DNA from: an uncultured Parachlamydiaceae bacterium
Lineage (GTDB): Bacteria; Chlamydiota; Chlamydiia; Chlamydiales; Parachlamydiaceae
NCBI GenBank assembly: GCA_963752155.1
Contig: CAVVXH010000017.1
Coordinates: 1 to 64,000, forward strand
DNA: 64,000 bases
Reading direction: 5' to 3'
Part shown: positions 10,783 to 20,586 of the stretch, piece by piece
How positions within the stretch are numbered: the first letter of the stretch is position 1
Layout of the letters: each line of letters starts with the position of its first letter
Position numbers and translations under genes: made by a program
Notes under the pieces: generated by a model
Seen by the model: the letters and a program-made list of their open reading frames with translations, nothing else
Told to the model about the DNA's origin: nothing
The model's database searches: none

Positions 10783-11064
10783 ATGAAAAATCATATTAAA
10801 ATTTCGGCTATTTGTTTTGGATTAGCGACTTTGGCAACGTTTTGTTTATCAAGAGAATCTATGAATCCGTATCCAGTCGTTAACGAGATAGAGACTCAAA
10901 AAGAAGTCTACCAAACCAATTCTATCCTTGGAGACGTTAAAGGAAAGACCTCAGAAGTTTTAGTAAAGCAAGAAAGCTCGATTGATAGTAAATTTTTCTT
11001 AAAAAATAAAATAGATGGTCTAAGTAAAGCGTCAAAACCCAAGAAAAAAGATGTGAAGGCATAG
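10783..11064 (+). CDS. Small exported or membrane-anchored hypothetical protein
   Basis: RBS aaggtgga, N-terminal hydrophobic segment, abuts the nitroreductase gene. Confidence 0.65.
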   Translation: MKNHIKISAICFGLATLATFCLSRESMNPYPVVNEIETQKEVYQTNSILGDVKGKTSEVLVKQESSIDSKFFLKNKIDGLSKASKPKKKDVKA

Positions 11065-11685
11065 ATGAAAATGTTAAATAATATTTATAAATGTGTTCTA
11101 ACGTTGTTGCTTTCGTCAGCTTGTTTAAATGCTTACAATGAGTCTTTACTGCCTGAAATTTTTATGAAGCGCCATAGTGGCACGGAATATCAAACGATTC
11201 CCTTGACTGAAGATCAAATCCAAGCTCTTGTTCAAGCAGCACGGTGGACACCATCCAGCTATAATGATCAGCCATGGAATTTCATTTTTTGTGATCAATT
11301 TACAAATCCAGAAGCTTATTTAAAAGCTGTTGATAGTATTTATGGTCAAGAATGGGTTGAGAGTGCACCATTATTGGTGATCGCGGTTGTTCGTTCAAAT
11401 TTTTTATATAATGAGGAGTTCAACGATTGGGCTGAGTATGATACTGGTGCAGCGGTGTTGAGTATGTCATTAGCTGCAACTGAGCTAGGTCTAATGGCGC
11501 ACCAAATTGGAGGATTTGACAGAGAACAAATCCAAGAAGATTTTAACATTCCTGAGGGTTATACTCCGATTACCATCACAGCCATCGGTTATGAATCTGA
11601 AACACCTTCGGAAACGTCCAGAATTCGGCGGTCAGTGGAGGAAAATTTCTTCGAAGCCGAATGGGGCACTTCATTTAAATCTTGA
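11065..11685 (+). CDS. Nitroreductase family protein with N-terminal signal-like segment
   Basis: ARWTPSSYNDQPWNF, YDTGAA, AHQIGGFD. Confidence 0.9.
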   Translation: MKMLNNIYKCVLTLLLSSACLNAYNESLLPEIFMKRHSGTEYQTIPLTEDQIQALVQAARWTPSSYNDQPWNFIFCDQFTNPEAYLKAVDSIYGQEWVESAPLLVIAVVRSNFLYNEEFNDWAEYDTGAAVLSMSLAATELGLMAHQIGGFDREQIQEDFNIPEGYTPITITAIGYESETPSETSRIRRSVEENFFEAEWGTSFKS

Positions 11686-11718
11686 TTTGATCGTTCAAAA
11701 TAACATAATCGATTAAGA

Positions 11719-11846
11719 GACGAAAGGACAACAAGGACGAAAAGGACAACAAGTACATATAAAATAAACGAGAAATGGTATTATCTTATATCTTCGTTTA
11801 TCTTCGTTGCTTGTCCTTGCTTGTCGTCCTTGTTGTCCTTTCGTCC
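11719..11846. repeat. Repeat family G: inverted aaggacaac-type 9-mer arrays
   Basis: Left array 11719-11756, inverted array 11809-11846; related at 38221-38335 and about 14907-14934. Confidence 0.75.
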
Positions 11847-11864
11847 CTCCTAAATAACAAGTTC

Positions 11865-11968
11865 GCGCCTTGCCATTGGTGCCTGACCTGATATTCTGAC
11901 ATTTGCCGATGCGATAACATTGCTTCCTAAAGGGCAAATGTCAGAATGTCAGGTCTGGAACCAAGGCT
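11865..11968. repeat. Repeat family A copy
   Basis: Matches 56410-56513; inverted relative to 12133-12238. Confidence 0.9.
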
Positions 11969-11977
11969 GGAACGTTA

Positions 11978-12052
11978 GGGACTGTGCAACAATAACTTGC
12001 ACGATTGGGCTGCGCCAATGCCCAATCGTGCAAGTTATTGTTGCACAGTCCC
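11978..12052. mobile_element. 75-bp palindromic MITE (family B) with TTA flanks
   Basis: Perfect 33-bp arms gggactgtgcaacaataacttgcacgattgggc; TTA on both sides; second copy at 30474. Confidence 0.85.
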
Positions 12053-12132
12053 TTACCCCCAAGATTTACGCAACTGAAAAAAGCGTCGTTTTCAATTAAT
12101 AACAAGATACTAAATTCTGAGAGGTAACGTTT

Positions 12133-12310
12133 AGCCTTGGTTCCAGACCTGACATTCTGACATTTGCCCTCCTGGGAGGTTACGTTATCATTGTAGGCAA
12201 ATGTCAGAATATCAGGTCAGGCACCAATGGCAAGGCGCTTTAAAAATTTGTTATTTCCCAATAGGGGGCGCCGTAGGCAACTGTCTCGCTTTGCGTTTAA
12301 TTTTTTCCTA
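12133..12310. repeat. Repeat family A copy followed by family C
   Basis: Near-identical to positions ~61-224. Confidence 0.9.
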
Positions 12311-12663
12311 CTTTATACCCTAGTATCGCAGCATCTTTTTCACCTACGACAACTTGTTATTTCTCGGTAATAGGATGCGCACACAGGCACAAAAATTAGC
12401 GGGAATTGCTAGCATAGCCATCAAACCGTAAAAATGTTTTGGATATTATTGTAGAATTGTTTATACGTCAAATACAACAATCAATTACCAGCAATTCCCG
12501 CTGACCATAATTGACCTTAGAGGAGAATTATAAAATTTCAAAAAAAAAAGCCTACGAATTCGGTTTTTTGTACCCTGTTTAAATGAGGATGTAGAGAACA
12601 TCAACTATGATCAGTGGGAATTGCTGATCATTGACAATGAACCAAAAAAAATCGGAGATCATC

Positions 12664-13392
12664 ATGAAAGTAAATAACATATTCACGAAATTGAAGCTGG
12701 CATCTGCCTTAGGATTTGTAGCCGTATTGTCGGTGGCAAGTGTGGCTGAAGCGGCTTCTTTCCAAACCGGGTTCGAAAAGAACCAAGGTTACAAGGTTGG
12801 CCCCCTTAACGGGCAAAATGGCTGGAACACATCTACCAACGTAAATGTTGAAAATACCGATGTTGAGCAAGGAAAACAAGCTGTTGATATCGGCGTCACA
12901 GCAGGAAGTTATGATTATGAATATGCGAACGTTCCGCTACCATATCCGATTTCTATCACTAATAGGCATACTTCTGTCACTTTTTCCTTTTTAACAAATA
13001 ACACCAGTAACCACACCCAGGCTGGTGTGAACGTCATCGGTAGTTACGGAAGTTCCCCACCAGGGACACTAGGCCAATTATTTGCTGGTGGCATTGGTAA
13101 TTCGGACAACACTCACAGTTATTATTTCTTAGGAGATTTCAACTCGAATACAAACCCTGTTGAGTTTGCCAATGGCGTGTGGCATAATTGTATTTTAGAA
13201 TTTGATTTTGAAAAGAATACAATAACTGGTCAAGTTGACGGTACTAGCCTGGGAATGCTTACTATTAATCCAGCAACAGTTATCACTGGAGTGCAGTTAT
13301 ATAATATTACGGGTGGGATTACTGCCACAAGTGACGCATATTTCGACCAACTCAATATTAGCTACAACACTGGCATAGCCATCATACCGTAG
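12664..13392 (+). CDS. Secreted beta-rich protein, possibly concanavalin/lectin-like
   Basis: RBS ggag, signal peptide ending AEA-A, motif GFE..GY..G.LNGQNGW, Thr/Asn/Gly-rich. Confidence 0.7.
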   Translation: MKVNNIFTKLKLASALGFVAVLSVASVAEAASFQTGFEKNQGYKVGPLNGQNGWNTSTNVNVENTDVEQGKQAVDIGVTAGSYDYEYANVPLPYPISITNRHTSVTFSFLTNNTSNHTQAGVNVIGSYGSSPPGTLGQLFAGGIGNSDNTHSYYFLGDFNSNTNPVEFANGVWHNCILEFDFEKNTITGQVDGTSLGMLTINPATVITGVQLYNITGGITATSDAYFDQLNISYNTGIAIIP

Positions 13393-13440
13393 AAATATTT
13401 AGTATACTATTGTAGAATTGTTTATACAACAATCATTTAC

Positions 13441-13516
13441 CAGCAATTCCGCTAATTTTCGTGCCCGTGCCCGCTTGCGTGCCCGTGCCCGAAAATTAGT
13501 AAAATCTACGAAATTT
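13441..13516. repeat. Repeat family D, partial copy
   Basis: cagcaattccgctaattttcgtgcccgtgccc...aaaatctacgaaattt. Confidence 0.85.
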
Positions 13517-13744
13517 GACGCTAACACATAAATCAAAATCTTATATACTTTTCTTGTTGCAACAATTATTTAATTTATGCTAAATTTTTTTTAGACAAAT
13601 TAAATTTGATGAAGCCACTAAAGGATAGATACCCTCTAATTATAGCTGTAGCAGAACTTAGAAAAGAAATTCCATCAACTTCTGATTTGCTACTTTTATG
13701 TGCCGTTAAGTTAGATAAAAATTCCCTTTCACAAGAGTAAAACA

Positions 13745-13850
13745 AGTCCCGGAGGGCCGATATACAACAGCCCAGCCTGAGCGCAGTCCCGGAGGGCTAA
13801 GCGAAGGCTGGGTAATGTCACCCCACCGAGAAAAGTCCCGGAGGGCCGAC
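13745..13850. repeat. REP-like GC-rich cluster
   Basis: agtcccggagggc at 13745, 13785 and 13834; cccagcct/aggctggg inverted pair. Confidence 0.65.
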
Positions 13851-14162
13851 ACTACATGAGAACGTTATTTGAAATTTTCTCGAGTTTGCAATTAATTTTC
13901 ATTTCTGGTTTCAATCAAATTCCTCGAGTTCATGTCCTCTGAGCTCATCTTCTGTTGAGCTACTTCTTTTCCAAAAAGATCCCAGGCCACAAACATTTTT
14001 AAAAAGACCCTTTGTGTCACTGTAATAACGTTAGAAGAATTCATGCAAAAAGATCATTTAATAAATGAATGAGATTTTTTTCAATCGCAGGCTGATGTCG
14101 GATCGTTTGCTGCAGGGATGGTAGAAGCTTCCAAATAACTTTAGATATGAGTGAAATTCATA

Positions 14163-14801
14163 TTATTTATTAAGTTCATCTAATAAATCTTCAATATTTT
14201 TTCCTGTGTGTAGGTCTTTAACCTCTTCTCCTTCGTCTAGGTCTTTAACCTCTCCTCCTTCGTCTAGGTCTTTAACCTCTCCTCCTTCGTCTAGGTCTTT
14301 AACCTCTCCTCCTTCGTCTAGGTCTTTAACCTCTCCTCCTTCGTCTAGGTCTTTAACCTCTCCTCCTTCGTGTAGGTCTTTAACCTCTCCTCCTTCGTGT
14401 GGGTCTTTAACCTCTTCTCCTTCGTGTGGGTCTTTAACCTCTTCTCCTTTGTGTGCAATCTCTCTTCTTTCGTGTGTAATCTCTTCTCCGATTCTTGTAT
14501 TTGAAGAGGGGGAGGCTACTTTCCAAGACCTTTCCTTAGCGGGGGTGGCTGCTTTCCAAGACCTTTCCTTAGCGAAGGTGGCATCATTTAAGGCACGAAA
14601 TAGTGATAGGCTTACAGTAACTCTTCTAGCTTTGGATGCTTCATTGACCTCGGGTGCTTTTGCTCTTGATTTTCTTTCTGCTTCTATACTCTTTTTAGCC
14701 TTAGCTTTTAGGATCCCGTCCAAGGTGCTAAAGGAGCTCATTTTATCTAAAACTTTATTAAAACTTTTTATTGTTCTATCAATACTTCCTAAATTATCCA
14801 T
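14163..14801 (-). CDS. Hypothetical protein with acidic 9-aa tandem repeats
   Basis: RBS aaggtg; basic N-terminal half, then EGGEVKDLD-type unit x9. Confidence 0.7.
   Translation of the reverse strand: MDNLGSIDRTIKSFNKVLDKMSSFSTLDGILKAKAKKSIEAERKSRAKAPEVNEASKARRVTVSLSLFRALNDATFAKERSWKAATPAKERSWKVASPSSNTRIGEEITHERREIAHKGEEVKDPHEGEEVKDPHEGGEVKDLHEGGEVKDLDEGGEVKDLDEGGEVKDLDEGGEVKDLDEGGEVKDLDEGEEVKDLHTGKNIEDLLDELNK
14208..14450. repeat. 27-bp coding tandem repeat, 9 units
   Basis: Unit gtctaggtctttaacctctcctccttc. Confidence 0.95.
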
Positions 14802-15102
14802 AATTTCACCTTAAAGTAAATGATTTGATTTGTTAAAAAATCACCCTCCTTATATTTTAATAATAAACTAAAATTGAATATAATTCAAAAGGTAACTCCA
14901 ATGCAACAGGGACAACAAGGACAATGGGGACAACTTTTTTATAGATTTTTTTTAAAAAGTTTAATGTTTATTGTTTTGACATATCATGATATAGAAGCCT
15001 TTGCTACTGATTAAAAGCCCCTAGGTTTTGAGTTAATATTATTTTAGACTAAAGAAGACCATCTACCTTGTGAATTTACAATATCACTAAGTTTTCCTGA
15101 CT

Positions 15103-15435
15103 TTACTGCAGAGGGAATAATTTTTTTAGCGATTTAGAAACTGAATTTTGATCGTCAATGACTAGATTGCCCAGCTTATTTAAAATTAATTTATGATCTA
15201 ATGTGAAAAATTTCATTCTCACAATCGAGCTTACAGGCAGTCCTGCCACTTTTAGATTGATAATTTCCACATCTAGTGGCCAATGAGAATGCGTTTTTGA
15301 AGTAATCATTGCCATTACACTGGACTTAACATGTCTATTAAAATGCAAATGAGAGGATAAAATCAACGCCGGCCCCCTTTTTGCTTGAACAGAATCTGTA
15401 AAAGGAAAAGGAACGAGTACTACATCTAAAATCAA
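15103..15435 (-). CDS. PemK/MazF-family toxin, possibly inactivated
   Basis: DVVLVPFPFTD...KRGPALIL...MITS, GLPVSSIVR; start uncertain. Confidence 0.8.
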   Translation of the reverse strand: MILDVVLVPFPFTDSVQAKRGPALILSSHLHFNRHVKSSVMAMITSKTHSHWPLDVEIINLKVAGLPVSSIVRMKFFTLDHKLILNKLGNLVIDDQNSVSKSLKKLFPLQ

Positions 15436-15665
15436 AAGTTTCCGTAAACTTTTTCGTCATCATCAGAATCCCATTCATTTTAAGTTTGAGTTAATGAGTT
15501 TAAATATGCAATATCGAGTAGCTCTGCTTTACGAATTCTAACATGATTATCATCTAAAATTTCATAAAAAATCTGATCCTTGGGTTTAAGGTGTAGTACC
15601 TTACGTACCTCTTTTGGGATGGTAGCTTGATTTTTTGATGTGAGTCTTACAAGTAATGGATTCAT
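15432..15665 (-). pseudogene. AbrB/MazE-like antitoxin with in-frame nonsense codon
   Basis: LTSKNQATIPKEVR..L.L; TAA at 15480-15482, after which the frame continues NEWDSDDDEKVYGNF*. Confidence 0.8.
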
Positions 15666-15828
15666 CCCTTGCTCCTTTACTATGTTGTAATACGGTTTTA
15701 CTTTTTTCGTCAAGACAGGGCATCGGATCATCTTTCATGTTACATGTAATAAAGTGAAAGAAATATTTGCGAATAAGACTCGTTTAGGGTACAGAAAAAT
15801 ATAGAATTGATTAATGAGGATTTAAAAG

Positions 15829-17202
15829 TTGAGTGAAGAAAACATAGAACTTAGCAGAAATTCTTTAGGTTTAGAAGCTTCTGTTATTATGGGTGTTGCC
15901 GGAACGGCCCCGGCTTATAGCATAGCAGCTACGACCAGCGTATTATTTTTAGCAGTCGGCCTTCAATCCACCGCTAGTCTGCTTTATGTCGGACTGATCA
16001 TGTTTGGTGTCAGTCTTGCCTTTATGCATTTAAATCGTTCAAACAGCAATGCCGGAGCGTCGTTTGTCTGGATTGGAGAAATTTTTCATCCAGTTCTTGG
16101 CTTTTTTGCCGGATGGTCCCTGCTTGTAGCTGCAACGGTGTTTATGGTTTCAGGAACAATTCCAGCGGCAGTGGCTACTCTTGCATTAGTAGACCCAAGC
16201 TATATTAACAATCCCATGATGGTATCCCTGGTCGCGTCCCTTTGGCTCATATTGATAAGTCTAGTTGTCGTCAAAGGAATCAAGCTGTCGAGCTATTTTC
16301 AGATGATTTTTACTCTTGTTGAAGTCGGCTTACTTACCATTATCACAATTGGCGCCATCTGGTCTTTTTACGAATCTCCAGCGCAACCCCTCAATTTTAA
16401 TCAGTTTTCACTCTTTAATTTTACACCCGAAAAATTTGCTTCTGGAGCCTTGACAACCCTTTTCTTTTTTTGGGGATGGGATGTCACAATGAATTTAAGT
16501 GAAGAAACAAAAAATTCAAAAGAAAATCCGGGCATTGGCGCCCTAAGTGCAATGTTTATTGTCCTTTTACTTTTTGCAAGCTTCATGATCGCTGCACAAT
16601 TTTCATTAACAGAAAAAGAAATCATTGATGCTAATTCCAATCTCATCATGGCCGTATCTGAAAAAGTTTTTCCAAGTTCTCTGAGCTATATAGCCATCAT
16701 TGCTGTGATGCTAAGCACAGTGGGGACTCTTGAAACAACCATTCTTCAATTTACTAGAACTTTGTATGCAAAAGCGCGTCTTGGGATTTTAAATCCTAAA
16801 TATGCAACCTTGCATAAAACATGGAAAACTCCTTGGTATGCAAATTTTATTATTGCCGGAATTGGTCTTATTTTAATAGGCTGCTTTGCCTTCTTGCCAA
16901 CAGTTAACCAAATTATTGCCATTTCAGTAGAGGCCATCGGCTTTCAAGTGGCCTTTTACTATGGCCTCACCTGCTTTGCCTGCGCATGGAAATTTCGTCA
17001 CTTTAAGAACCTTAACGATTATCTCTTATTGTTTTTTTGGCCACTTTTAAGCGGTTTTTTTATGGCCTTTATTTTTGTTTATTGCGCTCTAACTTTTGAT
17101 TGGTTGGTCACCTCTATTGGAATAGGAGGAATATTAATTGGCATAATTCCTTTTTATTTAAACAAGAGGAGTAGTAAAACAATAGTCAATTTAACCGACT
17201 AA
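15829..17202 (+). CDS. APC family amino-acid permease
   Basis: GTAPAYSI, FFFWGWD.T.NLSEET, W.TPW; about 12 TM segments. Confidence 0.88.
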   Translation: MSEENIELSRNSLGLEASVIMGVAGTAPAYSIAATTSVLFLAVGLQSTASLLYVGLIMFGVSLAFMHLNRSNSNAGASFVWIGEIFHPVLGFFAGWSLLVAATVFMVSGTIPAAVATLALVDPSYINNPMMVSLVASLWLILISLVVVKGIKLSSYFQMIFTLVEVGLLTIITIGAIWSFYESPAQPLNFNQFSLFNFTPEKFASGALTTLFFFWGWDVTMNLSEETKNSKENPGIGALSAMFIVLLLFASFMIAAQFSLTEKEIIDANSNLIMAVSEKVFPSSLSYIAIIAVMLSTVGTLETTILQFTRTLYAKARLGILNPKYATLHKTWKTPWYANFIIAGIGLILIGCFAFLPTVNQIIAISVEAIGFQVAFYYGLTCFACAWKFRHFKNLNDYLLLFFWPLLSGFFMAFIFVYCALTFDWLVTSIGIGGILIGIIPFYLNKRSSKTIVNLTD

Positions 17203-17355
17203 ACTACATTTACAGAGCATTGTATTGGCATTAACGATTCTGTAAATGCGGCAATCGCACCGAACATATGAAAATATTTTAATTAAGGAAGGCCACGCTA
17301 AATAGATTGCTAATACAGCTGATCGACAAAAGGTGCAATTGGCCACTAGGTGTCA

Positions 17356-18847
17356 TTAGGGATGGGCTGGTTCATATGGTCCCCAATTCCTATGTTTATA
17401 TGGTCCCCAATGGGTTGAGAACGTAGGCTCTCCGCTTCCGCACCAAATTGGTTTAACATATTCATTAACTTTATTTTCTATTAATTTAGAAAATAGATTC
17501 GCAAAATCAGAATCAACCTTTTCACCATGAACTACTTCCTGTATCAATGACCAATCATCTGGACAAATATTTCTAAATTCATGCGGAATAATAAACTCCC
17601 AAATACTATCAGGACAAAATCCTTGAATGAGAGTAGGGCAGATGTTTTTGGAATTATATTTCACCACCACGAAGTCACAAAGCCCTAGTTTACCTCTCAT
17701 CACCGGGGCTTCCAATTCCTCGGGATGAATAACAATATCATGCTTCGAAGAGAACTTTCTAGACTTAAATTCAGGAAGAGCTTCCCATTTTTCTTTTCCA
17801 CCAAATAGATTCGCGACAGCTTCTTTAGATTTTAATGTCTTTATTCCATTATAATAACTTGTTTTCAGATTGCTACATTTCTCATTTATTTTTTTGATTG
17901 AATTCAAGCAAGTATTTTGAAAATCAATTGCATTTCTAATCTCAGCGAATTGATAAAAAAAACTATAAAGAACACCCATTGAAATAATTAGCTTTATACA
18001 AAAATTTGTTAAATAAACCACTATCAACTTTAATATTCATCTCTCTTTTTACTTCATATAATTGATTAATCTTTTCTTCATAAGATTTTTTGATAGCATC
18101 AAAAGGATATGTAAAAGAAATCTTTCGGTCAACCAATTCTTTACAGGATTTATTAACTCCTCGAATGGAACATATATCTTTATGACTTAATAAAGACAAA
18201 GACATCACTCTAAGAGGAACATGTTTGATCCGTAATTTTTTCATCAAATAAGGCATACAAAACACAACACCTATATTTTTCACCTTCAGAATATTATAAA
18301 TAGATATTTTGTCATCGAACAATTGTTTACATGTTCTACTAACACCACGAATGGAACATATATCTTTACCATTTAATAAAGACATCACCTTAAGAGGAAT
18401 ATTTTGATCCGTAATTCTGAATAATGCATCCATTAGAGCTCCTTTTTTGTTAGTCTTAAAATGGCTTTCGTATTCATGAGCCTTATCTTCTATCACTTTA
18501 GAAATTAACTCGACAAACAAGTCATCAAGTTTTCCTTCTACACCTCCAATTACATGTTGTTGTGTACTCCAAATAGATTGCTACTGATCCTTAAATTTAA
18601 TTTATTTCTTTTTTTCGTATAGTGCTTTAACCTTTTCTTCAAAGGATGTTTTGATGGTATCAAAAGGAGCTGGCAAACTTACATTTTGATCAACCAACAC
18701 GTTACATGTTTTATTAACATCCCCTATAGCGATAACACCCTTTATAGCGGCCGGGTCCTGGGGGTCTAGGAAGGACAACACCTTAATTGCAAGATTTCAA
18801 TCCGTAATTGTTGTCAGTAAATAAAGTATTCATGATATGGCAACCAT
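17356..18847 (-). pseudogene. Fragmented multi-F-box-like effector gene(s)
   Basis: Three F-box-like units (~18690-18810 with stops, two within 17963-18520); frameshifted C-terminal part with LFGG...LP...PVMRG. Confidence 0.6.
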
Positions 18848-18967
18848 TTTTAAAAATATAAATATTGAAATATTACTTGATTCTACCACAGCCAAACATA
18901 AAATGCAAAAGAAATTGGAAAAGTTGGGGGAAATTGAAGATAACTCCTGGTCTACAGAGTTCATTGT

Positions 18968-19206
18968 GAAATCGAAATAGCTAAGAAACTGCGCAAATTG
19001 TAGCTAATCATTCCGATGTGAGTGTAGCCACGAACCCTCTAAATAGTCTAAACCACTTCATGAAATCGTCACAGCCAAGAAATTTGCGCAATTTTTTGGT
19101 TATTACATTTCACGCAGTGGTTTAGACCACTTGAAGGCTATGCGGCTACACTGAACATCGGAATGATGAGCTACAATTTTCGCAACTTCTTAGCTGTTAC
19201 GGTTTC
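18968..19206. repeat. Repeat family H: long imperfect inverted repeat with nested inner IR
   Basis: 18968-19030 pairs with 19143-19206; the same termini bound 46557-47206. Confidence 0.8.
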
Positions 19207-19788
19207 TCATTACTAAATCTCTTATCAAGATTGCCTCTACAATGATATTTAATTATCTACTTTTCATGTTTAATTTATTTCATTTTTACTTTGAAATTTT
19301 GGTTGCTATTAATCAGCTAATTTGCTAAATTCCTTTTAAAGGTAGGGGATTCCTCAAAAGCACTTATCTCAATTTTATGAATAATTGCTAATGTACTAAC
19401 CAAAATTAAAAAAGAGTCTGCAATGTTATACAGCTTAATGGAAATGTGCTGTAAATGAAATGTTTAGGTCTTTACAAAAAGTCAAATTGTTTAACCCACG
19501 TGAGGAAATTCCTACAATTAGCATAAATATTTTGAACTCATATTGAGTTAAAAAGTGAAATTATTTTTAAAATCACTGAAATTATTAAAGATATCATATA
19601 ATGCCAAACTCGGCATTATATGAGGACTTACATTTCCGATTTATGATTTGATTATCGGATCTTCTACTTTTGGCTTTGTGTCATTATCAGCAACCCTTAT
19701 TTATTAATTTGGAGCTTCGTAGTAAATGGGAATATATAAAAATAATAAGAATACATGTTTTATAAAAAAAGAAATTACTACAGTTTTT

Positions 19789-20140
19789 AACGATAAAAAC
19801 GATAAGAACGATAAGAACGATAAAAACGATGGAAGAAAAACAACATGAATGGACAGGCCGCCATTCTGAACTGTTGTTTTGAGGACAGGAAGGAGCTAGG
19901 GCCGGCTAGGGCCATTATCACAGATTCTTAAAGATTTCTTCTAGATTAGACTCCCCAATCCAAATTTTTATCGTTCCTATCGTTTTTATCGTTCCTATCG
20001 TTCTTATCGTTCTTATCGTTCTTATCGTTCCTATCGTTCTTATCGTTCCTATCGTTCTTATCGTTGCATCGTTTGCATCGTTGATTACGTCTACATAAAA
20101 AAACATATCCAGATAACATCGTGAATGGGTGTTAATTTTA
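19789..20140 (+). mobile_element. GxxExxY-gene remnant (N-terminal part) between inverted 9-bp arrays
   Basis: aacgataar x5, ATG at 19829, frameshifted ILNCCFEDRKELGP, yytatcgtt x11, tail shared with 47088-47149. Confidence 0.65.
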
Positions 20141-20324
20141 CACCATTCTGCGGTACAAGCCACACGCACTTCTTCTGAGTAAGCTTTTGAGTTTACTTCT
20201 TGATATTAGCGCCCGTTGGTCGCTGGAGGCCCCAAAAAATTTTCACCAGGTCAACTGGAAATAGCGCCAGATTTAAAAAATTTGTTACAACCCTCGCTCA
20301 ACTATTCTTTATTTTTAGCAGAAA

Positions 20325-20510
20325 TTACTGAGGTTTTGTTGGTGTTGGTGTTGGTGTTGACGTTTCAGCAGAATTTTGCTGTTCAACAGAAGGTGGATTT
20401 CCCGACATTTGCGCCTTCTTATTATTATAAAAGACAAAAATAAGAAATCCAAGCATAAGGATTGCGGTAATAAATACAGTGGTAATCCATTGATTGTTGC
20501 TCATATTCAT
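20325..20510 (-). CDS. Small single-pass membrane protein
   Basis: RBS ggag, one TM segment, Pro/Thr-rich tail. Confidence 0.6.
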   Translation of the reverse strand: MNMSNNQWITTVFITAILMLGFLIFVFYNNKKAQMSGNPPSVEQQNSAETSTPTPTPTKPQ

Positions 20511-20586
20511 GGCAGTTCTCCAATAAAAAAATTATTTTTCAGCAATTCCCTCTCATTTTTCATGCCCGAAATTTCGAGCAGCAGAA

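Noticed and set aside
13578..14160. Possible decayed coding DNA
   Set aside because: Short broken frames with no recognisable motif
14206..14814. 202-aa plus-strand ORF (SRSLTSPPS repeats)
   Set aside because: Antisense shadow of the repeat gene, which has the ATG and RBS
19918..20169. ORFs with TIR/KND/IVF repeats, also at 46621-47180
   Set aside because: Translations of stop-free 9-bp arrays; only the GxxExxY-like fragments look meaningful
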